Assembly (NCBI GenBank): GCA_905178155.1
Contig: CAJINV010000003.1
Location: forward strand, 8,043,237-8,107,236
From: Amoebophrya sp. A120
Lineage: Eukaryota; Protista; Dinoflagellata
Direction of reading: 5' to 3'
DNA: 64,000 nt
The translations under genes and the position numbers were made by a program. Within the stretch, counting starts at the first letter, position 1. Each line of letters opens with the position of its first letter. Below, in pieces: positions 39,501 to 52,590 of this stretch. Under the pieces are notes generated by a model. The model was not told where the DNA came from, searched no databases, and saw only the letters and a program-made list of their open reading frames with translations.

Positions 39501-42331
39501 GAAGTACCGACATCCACCGGCAGCTGCGACTATCGTGTTGGTAAGTAACTTCGATGACATGAAAGCTTAGTTTAGTGCGATCTGGTGCAGCTTGCTAGTG
39601 CTGAAAACACGATGAAAGATATCAATATTAATTTTACAATATTATCGCATCTCCTTTGTAGCAGGGCAACGTCAATCACCTGCGTTCTGTCCACTTATTT
39701 GAATAGCTGTAGCTCGACATGCTTACGCTACTCATGGTCTGCCTGCAGCGCCAGTTGCTGCTGCACCATCAGCAAGCGATGCATTGGAGTAACCCTTACC
39801 CTTCTCAATTACTATTCGACGCATGATCCTTTTTTTTTTGCTACATGCGAAGATTGCGACAGTCTATTTTTGGGTAAGCCCCCAAGTTAGAGACCACACC
39901 CAATTTTCAACATACCCGCTACTTCCTAGATTATCATAAATGATGGATCACCCTGATCCCGACACTAAATGCGTCCATCTGTGGGTGTCTACAACTGCGG
40001 GAGTGGGTACGTTTCCGAATCGCGCACCCAGCCCTGGATGCATGATTCGTAGCGCCATAACCGCGGGAAAATCAAATCCTGTGTAGAAAAGAAGCAATTT
40101 TTTTTTGGAAACGGAGAATGAAAAACCACATCAGCTAAAGCTCCGTGCACGGCTTCGACACAACTCGCATAGATTCTACACCGCTTCATATCTCTGTGAA
40201 AAGGAAAATGCATAGCAGAATTGTCATTTTCAATGCACAAGGGGTTTATCCGAACAAAGTGTCGCGATTGCCTAACTTTGTTCTCAACGAACAGCAGCAG
40301 GGTGGATGGATTCTTTGTTATTGCATGTTAGAGATAGAAGTAACATTATTCCGCCACTTGCTGCGATTATTTTCATTTTGAATATGACAAATTCAAATTC
40401 CCACGAATAAACATATGATCAATTGAGAACGAGACTAACACAAAGGCCAAAATAAATCGAAAATTTGAATGTTTTTCCAAAGAGCGAAGCAACATTCACG
40501 GCACCCAACTACTTTTTTTTTTCTGACTGAATAAGAGCACCAAATTCAAAGAAAGCCTCAGCCACAGGCGGTCTTTTGTAGAATTTTCTTTGCGAAAGCG
40601 AAGTTTATTCTAGTTGGACCTTGCATTCACTCAGAAAATTATTTTCTCAGTATGCCCATCCCCATATGCATTGGCTTTACTTTTGGAAGCAGAGCTGTAC
40701 CTCGAGAAAATTTGGGTTGCTACTGCTACATGACGCTTCAAGTGCGGTCTTTGGATGGGGCAGATATGGGTATCATTTTCATTTCTGAAAATGCATTGCA
40801 TAGAATAAAACCTGCGGAAAAAGCAGTTTCACGATTTCTTTTTTTTTTTATCCAAGATATCGCACAAAGAAAGAAAAACAAAAAGCTGAGAAGTAGACTG
40901 TCCGCATGTGGATAGGAAAATCCTCAGCAGTTTGTTTGCACGAAGAAATTGAAATGTTTCGATGTTTTCCGTTTCACCACTGAAATGATGCAGCCTCACT
41001 CTATCAACAAGAAGTAGGCACTCAAGGTCAAGTGCATCGACGAGATGTCCTTGTTCGTATTGTGTTGATTCTTATGAAGCACTGTCTACGGAGTGCCTCG
41101 CCTCTTCGTTCTCATGGTAGTGCATGTTGTATCTTTGCGAATGCGAGCGGAAAACATGACAAAAAATAAATATCTGATTCGAGTTCGAGGACGCCCGATG
41201 AAGCGATTTATTAATCAAATTGTCTCTCAATGCTGGTTTTAGTTTTTCTTTTTCAACGTATCGATTTTTGCAGAGAATGTGGCAGCATTATGTTGAGAGA
41301 AAGATGATATATATAGGAATTGGATTGGCGATATTTCGTCCGGTATCGCAAATCAATCTGATTTGATTGAATCAAATCCACCCACAAATTGTCGGTCAGA
41401 TGACAGACAGCATACGCCCCCGAATGGGCCTGTTCGTGACATTGAGGGTCTGCTTAAAAGTTGCAACTAATGTATGTTGCAGTCTTGAGTAGCCAGTGGT
41501 TTGTCCAAAAATGAAGAGTGGTATGCTCCCCGGCGCGCTATCACGCGCCAAAATTTTGCGGGCTTTGTTTCGTTTTTTGCTTTTTCCCATGGGTGGTCCT
41601 TTATCCTTACTGAATGGTGGTTGCGACCTGGTCGCCCGCGAAGCCTGCAATGGTGTCGCTTTCGCGCTCCACGTCACTACCGATGCCACGAGGGCCAGAA
41701 ATGGAAGCACAAGCAGGCTCGCGCAGGCCCGGGACATGGCTGATGCTGGTGACGCAGACAAAGTGAACCCAACAGCTGTCTTATCATATTCGACAAGTAT
41801 ATATAACTCCTCTCCTTGCTCGCATTCGCAAGGCACAAGATGAAGATCCATCGCACCTTTCAACTTCTGAGAGCACTCAGATCCATGTAGTTGTAGGCAT
41901 TCATTGCTTCGGAGCGCTCTGTTGTGAGAAACGAGGAGGACACGAGCCCGATGATATCAAGCGTGCCTGAATGTAGCGCCTGCTTTTTTTTTTATTGTCG
42001 GCGGTGGTTCTGGTTTTGCGCAAAAAGAAAAACAACAGAGAAATGATGGTAAAGCTGAGCAGGAACAGGAGTCGGTGTTGAATTATAATACGCGGATGGG
42101 TACATCAAGCATCTGGCGAAAAAATACCTGGAGCATTTTGATATTCACCGGCAACTAGAAAATCATCATAGCATCACCATGAAAATTGATTTGCGATGCC
42201 AGTATGCCTGCGTTTATCTATCATTTTTTTTTCTGAATGTACCTAAACTTCCCTTCGGGATTTTACTTTCTATATAATGAAGCTCGACCGGAAACAATAA
42301 CAAATTGCGCGTTGACAGTGCAAAGGAAAAT

Positions 42332-43056
42332 AAAATGCGTACGCAGCAAGGAAGAGTAAACGAGCCTGCGAGTGCAGCTCGACCTTGGTGCGCAAGCTAT
42401 TTGATTAAGATAAGTATTAACACATGAGGGCAGCGGGCACGCAGGGAAGTCGACGCCTTTCGATTTTTCTTTTTTTTATCTTTCGTGCTGGGCTTAGCGA
42501 ACCCACCCCCGCAGCTACTTAGCCGCGCGGCTCTTTAACTTGGCCTCTTTGCCCTTATACCTTGGCCGCTTTGCCCTTAATCAGGAGGGGACCCACTTTG
42601 GTCCACCCACCCTGCGTTCTTTTCCGCTGTGTCAGCGGGTTGTGGCTTCGCCTCGTTGGCGTTGTGTCGGCTTACCCTCCCCTTCCCGAGGTTCATCCGC
42701 TTGTAAAGCGGGGTTCTCCTCGGGTCGCGGCTCCGCCACGTTGGCTCGGGGCCTGCACTACGTTTGCCTTCGGGAGTGTAGCCGACAGCAGCCAACGAGC
42801 TCTTCCTTGGGACTTAGCATAATCAAAATGCGTACGCAGCAAGGAAGAGTAAACGAGCCTGCGAGTGCAGCTCGACCTTGGTGCGCAAGCTATTTGATTA
42901 AGATAAGTATTAACACATGAGGGCAGCGGGCACGCAGGGAAGTCGACGCCTTTCGATTTTTCTTCCCGCCCGCCTCGGGGCCTGCACTACGTTTGCCTTC
43001 GGGAGTGTAGCCGACAGCAGCCAACGAGCTCTTCCTTGGGACTTAGCATAATCAAA
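42332..43056. mobile_element. Non-autonomous element with split direct repeats A1-x-B1-A2-B2
   Basis: A is 140 bp and identical at 42332-42471 and 42825-42964. B is 83 bp and identical at 42745-42827 and 42974-43056. Confidence 0.7.
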
Positions 43057-43773
43057 TCAAGTTTCATGTGATGATGGTGTTGCTCATGGAGGGTCCACCC
43101 GTGGATATTCCGGACGATATCGCCATCGGATGCTCCGCACCCATATTGGAACAAGTAGCCAAGCGTAGACGGGTCGATGGCGAGTTGCTACAAGGCGCAC
43201 GAAAAAAAGTACGGAGTAGTAGCTGTGCAGTTGCGGGATGCTGGCAGTCTGCATAGTGCTAATGCAGCGTTTTCTTTTCCACTCTCTCAGCAACTTCCGC
43301 GCTATCTGTTGACTTCATTGAGGAATCATGGTATTGGTATTGTCGAACTTTTGCCGAGAGACTGCTCAACAGCGTCTGGGAAAAGCAAATCATAACTGGG
43401 TGAAAAGCTTCCGCGACAAGAATTTTCATTACGAACTTAAGGGTCTGTTCGCGTGTACGAAGCTCGTTGCATTCTGATGTCCTCTCTACTCTTGGCTCTT
43501 ACTGGTTCCCACATCGGAGCGGAGAGGTGGAGCACGTGAGCGGCAATTTTTCGACAGATAGGTTGATCTCTCAAATGGGTGTAGATCTGCCTCGCTTTTT
43601 GAGTTGCCTTAATGGAAGATACGAAAGAGCGGCGGGGCTTCCACTGTGGGCAAAGATAGAGAAACACGCAAATTATATTGGCTGCTTAAAATGCAGATTT
43701 CGGGATCCGATTCTGTGAAAGTGGACCTCATTCACTCCGAAGGGCCTCTGTTTGGTTTTACTGAATAAACAAA

Positions 43774-44489
43774 ATGGCATCTTCGAGCGCGAGTATACTT
43801 TCGCAGAAGGAGCAGCGCATCCGAGAGATGCGTATGGAGCTGAACCAGGTGCAGGGGCAGCGGTCCGTGCCGGATTTCGTTGACGCCAGAGTGGTCGCGA
43901 ACCAGAATGCCGGGGGCGGGGTGTCTTATCTAGAGCAGCAATTAGCTGGCGATGCTAAAGCTCAGTGGAGCAACTACGTTCCCGACGAGCTGCCGCACGA
44001 GCAAAATGGAGCGCTCTATTTCTACGAAGTGCATCGGAGACGCAAAACAGAAGGGGAAGTATACCACCGTTGCAATATTCAGTTCGGCCGGAAAACCTTG
44101 GAGGAAGCGGTATCTACACGAAGTGAATGATTTTCATCGAACGATGACAATGAAGATTTGGCAATCGCGATTGCAATTCAGGGTGACCAAAGGCATATGA
44201 AAAAAGCAATCAATACACATGCACCGCAACAGATGATTGGCGACCTCACTAAGCCGATGACTGTAAAAGTCAGGTTCGAATAAGAGCTCTTCTCACGGTC
44301 CGGCGTGCATCGTGCGGAATCCGCAGCCTGAAAAAGCTGCGTGATGGTACAGATTTTGCAGCAAGCCGTCTGTCGGATCTGCCGCCGTCATTGTTTGAAG
44401 CCACAGCCACAACGGAAGGCCGCTTCAGGCGGCGTGGAATGGCGGCACGGAGCATGGATGTTGTGGACGAATGTGAATGCAGCGAGTAG
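43774..44489 (+). CDS. Small multi-exon hypothetical protein (weak AP2-like pattern)
   Basis: ORF MASSSAS...GGVSYL...YFYEVHRRRKTEG...QFGRKTLEEAV, followed by probable short exons ending ...MDVVDECECSE*. Confidence 0.4.
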
Positions 44490-45129
44490 TTTGGACTTTC
44501 CTTCTTTAGGTAGCTTGAACAGAAGGTGGAACTGCGTTTCTTCGAAGAAGGTTTCAGACAGTAGAAATCATAAGGAAGTACAAGAAGAGTTGTAATTCGT
44601 GAAGAGTTTCTGTTTCTGATTTCACATTGAAAGACGCAAGCCGACATTTGGCAGCGAACGGAGCGGCGCATGTGCAAGGATTCGTGTTGTGAGCCGCAAG
44701 TTTTCGGCATTTTCGTCACGCAAAAGCAAAAGCTGCTTCTGGCATGCTCAAGCATTTATGTTCGTACACACGACACCGTCGAGTAGAGTGGTAAAACCTC
44801 AAAGATATCGCCGAAGTATGAGCGTCAATAACCTGTGATTGCAAGCGGAACTTCCCTTGCTGTAAGCTGAAATCGACCTGATTCCCGCAGCAAAGCACCA
44901 TGTAATGAAGATATGATAACGACTACTAGGGAAGATGTGACTCTGCAGTAGGGCGGCTAGGGAGTACAGTGGGAAGCTCTTCTTCTAAGCCAGACACTTC
45001 GCAAGCGCTGATGCCTGTACTTCGTATTGATGAAAAAAAAACTGGCCTAAAACAAAGTAGAAACACGGTCTGGTCCTAGTCAACATGTGAACAAGCAGCC
45101 GTCCAGAACTTGTTCCGAAGTACATAAAG

Positions 45130-48100
45130 ATGAATGTTTTGCAGGGGCTCGCGGAGCTTTCTAAGCAGAGCGCCGACGTGGTGTCGCAACAGAACGAGCT
45201 GGAGCGATTGCTATTGCGAGGAAAAATCCCACCTCTCCATACTCGTGCGTTGTGTGCTGGACAAATATTGCTAAAAGGTAAAGAGGAGCAGCTGCCTTGC
45301 AATTTGTCATGCTATTCCATTCCTTATGTCTGCTGCACTTTGCAAGTGCAACGCTTTTGGATTTGCATACGTGGCAACAGTGTGATTGTTATCTCTATGC
45401 GTTCTTTATGTATGACAACTTGATTTTTCATTTTTGTTCACATGAGAAATTTCCTTTGGAGTATCGACACGGGGGCTTTTTCGTTTCGATAGTTGTCGCA
45501 AGAGAACGAGCGGCTCTATGACAAGTACATTCGCGAGAAGGAGCAGCGAATCCTGCTGGAAATGGATCAAGTCTACCAGAGCCTGCAGAAAAGCGTGCAG
45601 CATCTTCCCTCGGGGCCGCCGCGGCCGCCCCCCCTGGGGGGCACAAGTGGTGCAACATCGACAAACAGCTCGACCTTTCGCCACCAGGCCCTGGGAAGCG
45701 GCTTCGGTTCGTCTGCTCGAGGACACTCCTCTTCGCCTATCCTTTCGCGCGGCGCGGAGCCAGAGCTTCAATTTGCCGAAATCGGTAATGAGCGCCAGCT
45801 GTCGTCCGAGTATTTCGTGCAGCTGGCGCTCGAGACGGGCAACTTGGAAGAGTTGCGTCGGCAGCAAGAAGAACACGCGCGCACTGGGCGGCAAAAAGTG
45901 GTCGCTGACGGGCAGCACGATGAACAAGAAGGTCCTCCTGTGTGCGATTCTCGGTATAGAAATGATGTCGAAGTAAAGGCGAGTGGCGCTGACTTGCCCC
46001 AGCAACGAACAACTGCAACCAGCGACCTGCACCACACTGCCACTTCCTGTCGCGAAAGCTCCTCGTCTACTTCGTATTGCAGCCAGATGCTGCCCAGTCC
46101 CATCTTGCGAAACAGCAGAAGTGCATGCGAAGAGACTGAGCGTGCGGGCGCCTTATGGGACAACGAGGGAGACCCGCAAATGCTGCTTCATCGGGATCCT
46201 GTTCCAGACAGTGACAAACACAGGAAGTCTGTCCGCTTCGTACAAATCGAAAAGAGTATCCAGGGCGCTCTGTCGGAATTGGTTCCGGTCGAAGTGACGG
46301 CCGAGGAAACGAACGAGGAGGAAAGCGTGAGGCCTATTACTGCTACTATTACTGGAGGCACTACAGATGCAACTCGTATCGCTCGTGAAGGTACTGGAAG
46401 CTCTGCTCCCGCACTACCGTCCACGCAGCCGCCTGTGGTGCCAAAACTTCCTATCCCGCAGCAGAGGGAACTACACGGGTTGCTGACCATATCCTCGTCC
46501 TCCGCACAGTCTCCAGCACTTGACGAGGTAGCCTCTCCTTTAACCACTCTGCATCTCGCGAGTTCATCCTCCTCGTCGGCCAAGCGAGAACACAGGCACC
46601 GGGCGCAGCCGGGCGGCAAGGTCATTGCCAGAAAAAGCAAAGCGGGGCAGTCGCGTGGACCTCTTGGGGTCAGTGTGGCCCCGTTGGTCGAAATTCCTCC
46701 GGACCCGGCTGCTGTAGAACCACCGACCCGGCGTGGAGGTGGTGTAACCGACATTGAGGACACGGAGATGCGCCAGCTCTACACCAGCGATGGATGTCCG
46801 GTGGTATCTTCCCAAGGGCGCGGGGCTGAAAGTGCAGGTGCTGGGCTTGTGGCTTCCAGTCCATCACTAGTTGTTCACGGTGGAGACACGGGCAAAAACA
46901 CAAATGCTGATCGGGACGATCTTCACAACACGCCAAAACCAATACTTGTCGAAGTGTGCAGTGCCTCTTTATGTGCTGCAAAGAGCAACAGGTTGTGCGA
47001 CTCCTACGGCAGCCGCGACGGTCTGGTGGAAGTAGCTCTTCCACTTCCGCCTGATGTTGAACGATCGCCGGAACCTGCGAATTGTGATCGTAGCGTCCTC
47101 GTTCCGGAAGTTGCTGATCAGGGGCCTGATGTTTCCGTGACCCAGGTCGGCAAGTGTGCGAAGAATGTAGCCGCCCCACCGCAGATCGATTATGATTTGT
47201 TCGGGGATCTTAGTCGGACAGCCCTCACGCCTACCGCATCCGAACTCCGACGTAGCGAGCCTGGTGAGCCTGTGCTTGCAACGGACGGGGCGTCGGCGAG
47301 TCCGCAGAAGTTCACGCGCGCCCGCAATTCGTTTTCGGCATCTTTTTTGCGACCACAGGACCGCTCGTTGCTTCAGCTGCGAAGCGCCAGCAGCAGCAGC
47401 GCCGAAGTGTCATGCTCCACGGAAGCAGGGACGATGACCGCAGGAGGAGCTTTTCCGACGCAGCAGCGTGCAAAAACAACAGAGGCACGACTGTTGCGTT
47501 CCAGTGGAGATTCTCTTCACGAAAAGCTTACCTCCGGTGCTGGCGCGCACGCCGTGTGTGCCGAGACGAGAGAAGGATGTGCGGACTTTGAGGATAGGAA
47601 GTCCACGGGGGGCACCAGTAAAAATAGTCGTGGCACAAACTATCTTCGCGACGAGAAAGCTCGACACGAAGAACAAGAGTCGGAGGTGGAGCAGAAGCAC
47701 AACACTGCCCGGGATATTAAAGAGGCGTTGGTTGAGAATTCTTTACTTCTTCAGCGCAATCACGGTCGGACATCTTCAGCGCAATCAGGCTCGTCGCGGT
47801 TCGCTCTGGACCCTGCTGCCTCGGATTTGGCGAATCTACCGGATGTGAGCTCCTTCTGGCTGGATTCTATCGATGCCGGGTCGTCCATTCATCATTCTCC
47901 ATCGGAGCATTGTGCTTCCCCATCTGCAGCCATCGAGGGACCTCGCGGTGCGCCGCAGCGCAAAGACGCAGCTCTTGTTCCCTGCGTCGACAATGTCACT
48001 ATTGCGCGGAGCATCGCGCCAATTTGCCCGGATGAGCAAGATTTGGCACAGATTCGGGACGAAGAACCAGAAAAGCTTCAAGGTCGATCACAGAGAGGTG

Positions 48101-51100
48101 GAAGCTGTGGGGTGGAAGATGGAGCAGGAGAATCTGCAGCCTCGCAATCAAGAGGGCCCGGGAACAAGTTAGCGGCAGATGAAAATCATGGTACCGTGGG
48201 TGAGGGCGTTGGCGAGCATAAGAATGCAGAGTCGGTTGTTCATGATGTTGAAGAATTCTTAGACGATGACTTCGAGGAAAGCGGGTTGGTCGACGTATTT
48301 CTGAACCACCTGCAGCAGGAGGCGCAGCAGCGCAAGGCAGGCCGTTATGCACTAGTAGACACTTCTTCGCTACATGAAAACTTCCAAGACTCCTCGCTTC
48401 TTTCGGACGGCAATGGAGAACATGGGCTCAAACTACACATGGAGATGATGCCTTCATCATCATCCGCGACGCTATCGACCGCTGGAAATGATAAAGGAAT
48501 CGAAGTTGATGACATTGACCGCGCGCTCCAGTCCTTCGGGAGATTCAATGGAGCTAGCGGGGGTCGTGCACGGAACGACTATTCCGGCACGTTGGTTGAT
48601 GAGACTTCTGAGCCCCGTGGTGGCGGAAGCGCGACGTTCGCTGGTGAAAACAACAACGCGAAGATCATGGGTGCGGGGCCATCTTTGGTGCACCAGTCTC
48701 CCGCCTCGGGCTCCGGCTCTAGTCAGCAGCGGCCCAACAAGGCCGAGGAGCATGGGGATGACGGACCGCAGCCGGAGAGCCTGGGCTGCGTCGTGTGCTC
48801 CGATGTGTGGACCAGTACTAGTTCGAACAGCACCTCGAATGAGGAAGAGTGGAAGACAGCCCGCCCCGTACTAGAGGAGGACGAGGAGAGTAGGAGTGGT
48901 GCACGAGCCGCCGTATTGGTCGGTGAGGACAAGAACGACCACGACGGCGGACCACGATCGCTACTGGGGTCCAGCGCGGGCAGTCAGGGCGGTACCGGGA
49001 CGCGGCTCGACCTGAAGAAGACGCAGGCCGCCTTGTCCGCTGCCACCGGCCTGGAAGACGACTTGAAGCGCGACTTGATGCAGTTCCTTGCGGAGCTGGG
49101 CGACTCGGCGGGAGCAGCTTCAGGCGCGGACTCCAAAGCCAGTAGTTCAAGTATAGGAGGAGCCGGTTGTAGTGCAGCCCCGACGCTGCGAACGCGTTCG
49201 ATTTCGAGGTCCGCGACTGATGCAGCAGCCTCTGAACGTGCTGGTGGTCGAGAAGGGGACGACGAACAGCATAGCAGCAACCTGCTTGGTAACAGCTGCA
49301 CGAGCACTGGCAGCGGGAAAACTAAACTCTTGTGCGAAAACCGCCCGCCAAAAAGAAGCATTCTGCACAGCGTGGAGGATATGGTGCGGCAGATGGAGAG
49401 TAGCACTTGCAGTGACCGCTGGACTGCACGAGGCCGGTCTTTACAAGCGGGGACGCAAAACATGATGCTACAGGTATATTACTCCTACTCGTCTCTCGGA
49501 TCTACTAACTACTTTCCTGTTTGTTTGTGATTCAAAATGATGGTCAGACAGATTTTTTAGAAATGTGTCAGGCTGCAAATTAAGCAACAGCCGGCTCGTT
49601 ATAAGTACATTTCGAGCTGGAAAATTTTTCGAGCTGGAAAATAGTTCGAGCGGGAAAATAGTTCGAGCTGGAAAATGTTTCGAGCTGGGAAATATTTCGA
49701 GCTGTTAAATATTTCGAGCTGGGAAATATTTCGAGCTGGGAAATATTTCGAGCTGGGAAATATTTCGAGCTGGGAAATATTTCGAGCTGGGAAATATTTC
49801 GAGCTGGAAAATATTTCGAGCTGGAAAATATTTCGAGCTGGGAAATATTTCGAGCTGGAAAATATTTCGAGCTGGAAAATATTTCGAGCTGGAAAATATT
49901 TCGAGCTGAGAAATATTTCGAGCCGGAAAATATTTCGAGCCGGAAGATATTTCGAGCTGGAAAATATTCCGAGCTGGAAAATATCGCGAGCTGGAAAATA
50001 TTGCGAGCTGAAAATGTTGCGAGCTGGAAAATATTTCGAGCTGCAAAATATTTCTATTTCGAGCCGCAAAATATTTTTGGCCGTTGGGCGTTGGGCGACT
50101 TCCCAAATCGCGACAGCTTTGGAAAGTATGAAAATTGTCAAAAAAATATTCGGCGTGGACGATTTTCCTCCCTGTTGCAAAATTTTAACTGCCCCTGCTC
50201 AGCAATAGGAGTTATAAATACTGGCATGATCTTCAGGCCTGCTCGGATTTTTCGCTAGTGCAGATGGAAGCAAGTGAGATGTCCGCCGAGTCACGTGCGG
50301 GCTTCGCTGTATTTTCGTCGCGGAGCCGCCCCGAGGACCAAAACCGGAGGTACGAACACGAAGAGGAGCATCATTCCGATGTTGAGATGGCGGAGAACGA
50401 CGAAGAGGTTGGCAACATCGTGGTGCGCACCCCTGCTTGTAGTGATCAAAATGCGCAGAAAAATCATGCCAGCAAGGAAACGCATTTGTTGCACTTAGAA
50501 GACGCAGGGACTGTGCGGGGAACAGGAAAGACGGAGCGTCTGCATCCCATCGGAATAAAGATCGCCAACGAGGTCGAGGAACTCGCCCTGCGCCACGACA
50601 AGCCTGTAGTTGCTGAGTATGTGCAGACACAGGGTGCTGCAAGCATGCTAATCGAGGGAGATCATCCGCACGTTGAACACGATTTGATTCTCGCGCCGAT
50701 GACACTCGACGACGAAAGCAGTGCGCTAAAGATGGAGCTCTGCGGGCCTCCCGGCAGATCGAGCGACGCTGGTTTTTTGGCTTCAGCAGAAGCTCCGAAC
50801 AAGCACCTGTTCACACCTGGTGGTCCGTCTATGTGTAGTTCCGACTTTCCAAAGGAAGTATTGGCACCAGCGGAGCAGGAAACTGTTTCACTGCTCTGTG
50901 AAGAGGAATCTGTAGCTCTCGGCCAACATGGTGCACAAGAAGAAGACCCTGCCTGTGATCGGCGGGAACACGTACGTCAACACGAAGAGCTCAGAAATTC
51001 GAAGTCAGTTATCGAAAAGTCGCCCGTGCTGCACTTCGGGCACCAGGGGCAGCAGCAGAATTACAAGTCGCCCGAAATAGAAGACACAACACCCCTCGCA

Positions 51101-52068
51101 CACAAGCAACCTTTTGGCAACCAAGCGCGTGGTCGACCACCCGCGGCAACAAATAACGCGTGGATGTTGCCACGAGAATCGTTAGTGGAAGTGCCGTTTT
51201 CGGAAATTCTGCTCGCGTCGACGCGCCTCCAGGATCGCGACGTATCGGGGACGTCGACGCTGCTTTATCCTAACGAGTCGCAGCAATCAGATTCCCGCGA
51301 CGTAGTGCTAGGTGCGGAGATGTACTCTGTCGTCGAGGACGAAGAGGAACAGCGAGGGTACTCTTGTGTGGTAGTGCACTTGATTTAGTTTTAGAAGTGT
51401 TTCTACTTTTCCTAATCTCCAATAGAAGAAAACAGAAAGCCACCGACAGAGGGCTCGCTTTGTTTTTGGACTGCGATTGATTTTATGCAACATTCCTTGT
51501 CGCAGAAAAAGGAACTGAAACGAAAATAATCGGAAGTGCATGCAACTACATCCCAAAATTACGACACAGGACACCAGAGGACTCGGCCTCCGGGCAGGAA
51601 CAGCCAGACATTGCTGGGGTTGTAAGTGCAGAGCGATACGCGCGTGTGGCACGCAAGCCGGCTGGTTTCAGAGACCACAGGTACACCTACGAAAACCGAC
51701 CTGGCCCGCACTGCAGCGCATCTTGGGAAGATTATGAAATTTACATACTAGAGACGAGGAGTCCTCCTGTGGTTTCATCAGGTGCTGCGAAGATGGATGT
51801 GCATGTGACACTTGCTTTGCACTACTTACTTTTACAGGTATTCGTATTATCAGCATTGTTTGAGGACATACATACCCCGGCCACTGATGAAAAGAGCTGG
51901 CTCGAGTCCTATGATTGGAAGTTCCATACACACCTGTCTTCGATTCAGGGCAGCTGGACGACACTGCAGCAAGCGCGGCTGAAAAAGCCGCGGAATAACC
52001 CCTGTGCCTCGCTCGAATTCTCGCGCAGCATTCTCCAGCGCCTCGACAACTTGGCCGATATGAAGTGA
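45130..52068 (+). CDS. Very large low-complexity hypothetical protein with an N-terminal coiled coil; introns at about 45208-45492, 49474-50236 (or 50263) and 51358-51569
   Basis: The 1345-aa, 376-aa and terminal ORFs join in frame across these gaps. Confidence 0.65.
45212..45491. mobile_element. Older introner/MITE forming intron 1 of the large gene
   Basis: Ends TATTGCGAGGAAAAATCCC and (rc) TATCGAAACGAAAAAGCCC; flanks ATTGC/GTTGT; removal gives NELERLSQENERL. Confidence 0.65.
49609..50075. repeat. 17-bp minisatellite (about 27 copies) inside an intron
   Basis: Unit ATATTTCGAGCTGGRAA. Confidence 0.95.
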
Positions 52069-52590
52069 AGTAACTGCGTTAGCAGATGCTGGAAGAATCA
52101 CACGAGTGATTTCATCAAGCACTTTGACGAGTTGTCCATGTTAGTTTTGTGATCTGTCTGCGCACGTGAAAAATTGTTTTCGAGCATTCAGTCAGAGTCA
52201 GCTTGTTCAATCTGTAATTGCTACATGATTGGCAACATGTCGCTCTGCATCATGAGATGTCGGGCTCTTGACGCTCTACTGTCTCCGCTGAAACATCAAG
52301 GTCGCCACTTGCGTCACCGGTGAACTAGAAAAGTGCTGTTCGCTTACATTCGATGCGTTCGGATTTGGAGATATTCTGTAAATTTTTGATGTACGATCAA
52401 AAGACGTGAAGGTACTAGGTACCAGAGCACCCTGTTTCTTGCTACGTCTCTATTTCTCTTGCAAGAAAGTTTTCAACAATAGATTATGAATGAATTCTTT
52501 TCGCAAGAAGAAAAAAAGAGCACGACCGCCTGCAGTTCAAAGTAGCCGTGGTTTCTTTACCAGCTTTCGAAGATCCTCCGATCGAGCAGC

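Noticed and set aside
49599-50208. ORFs of 133-193 aa on both strands; CRISPR-like appearance
   Set aside because: Artefacts of a 17-bp tandem repeat inside an intron. There are no unique spacers and no cas genes.
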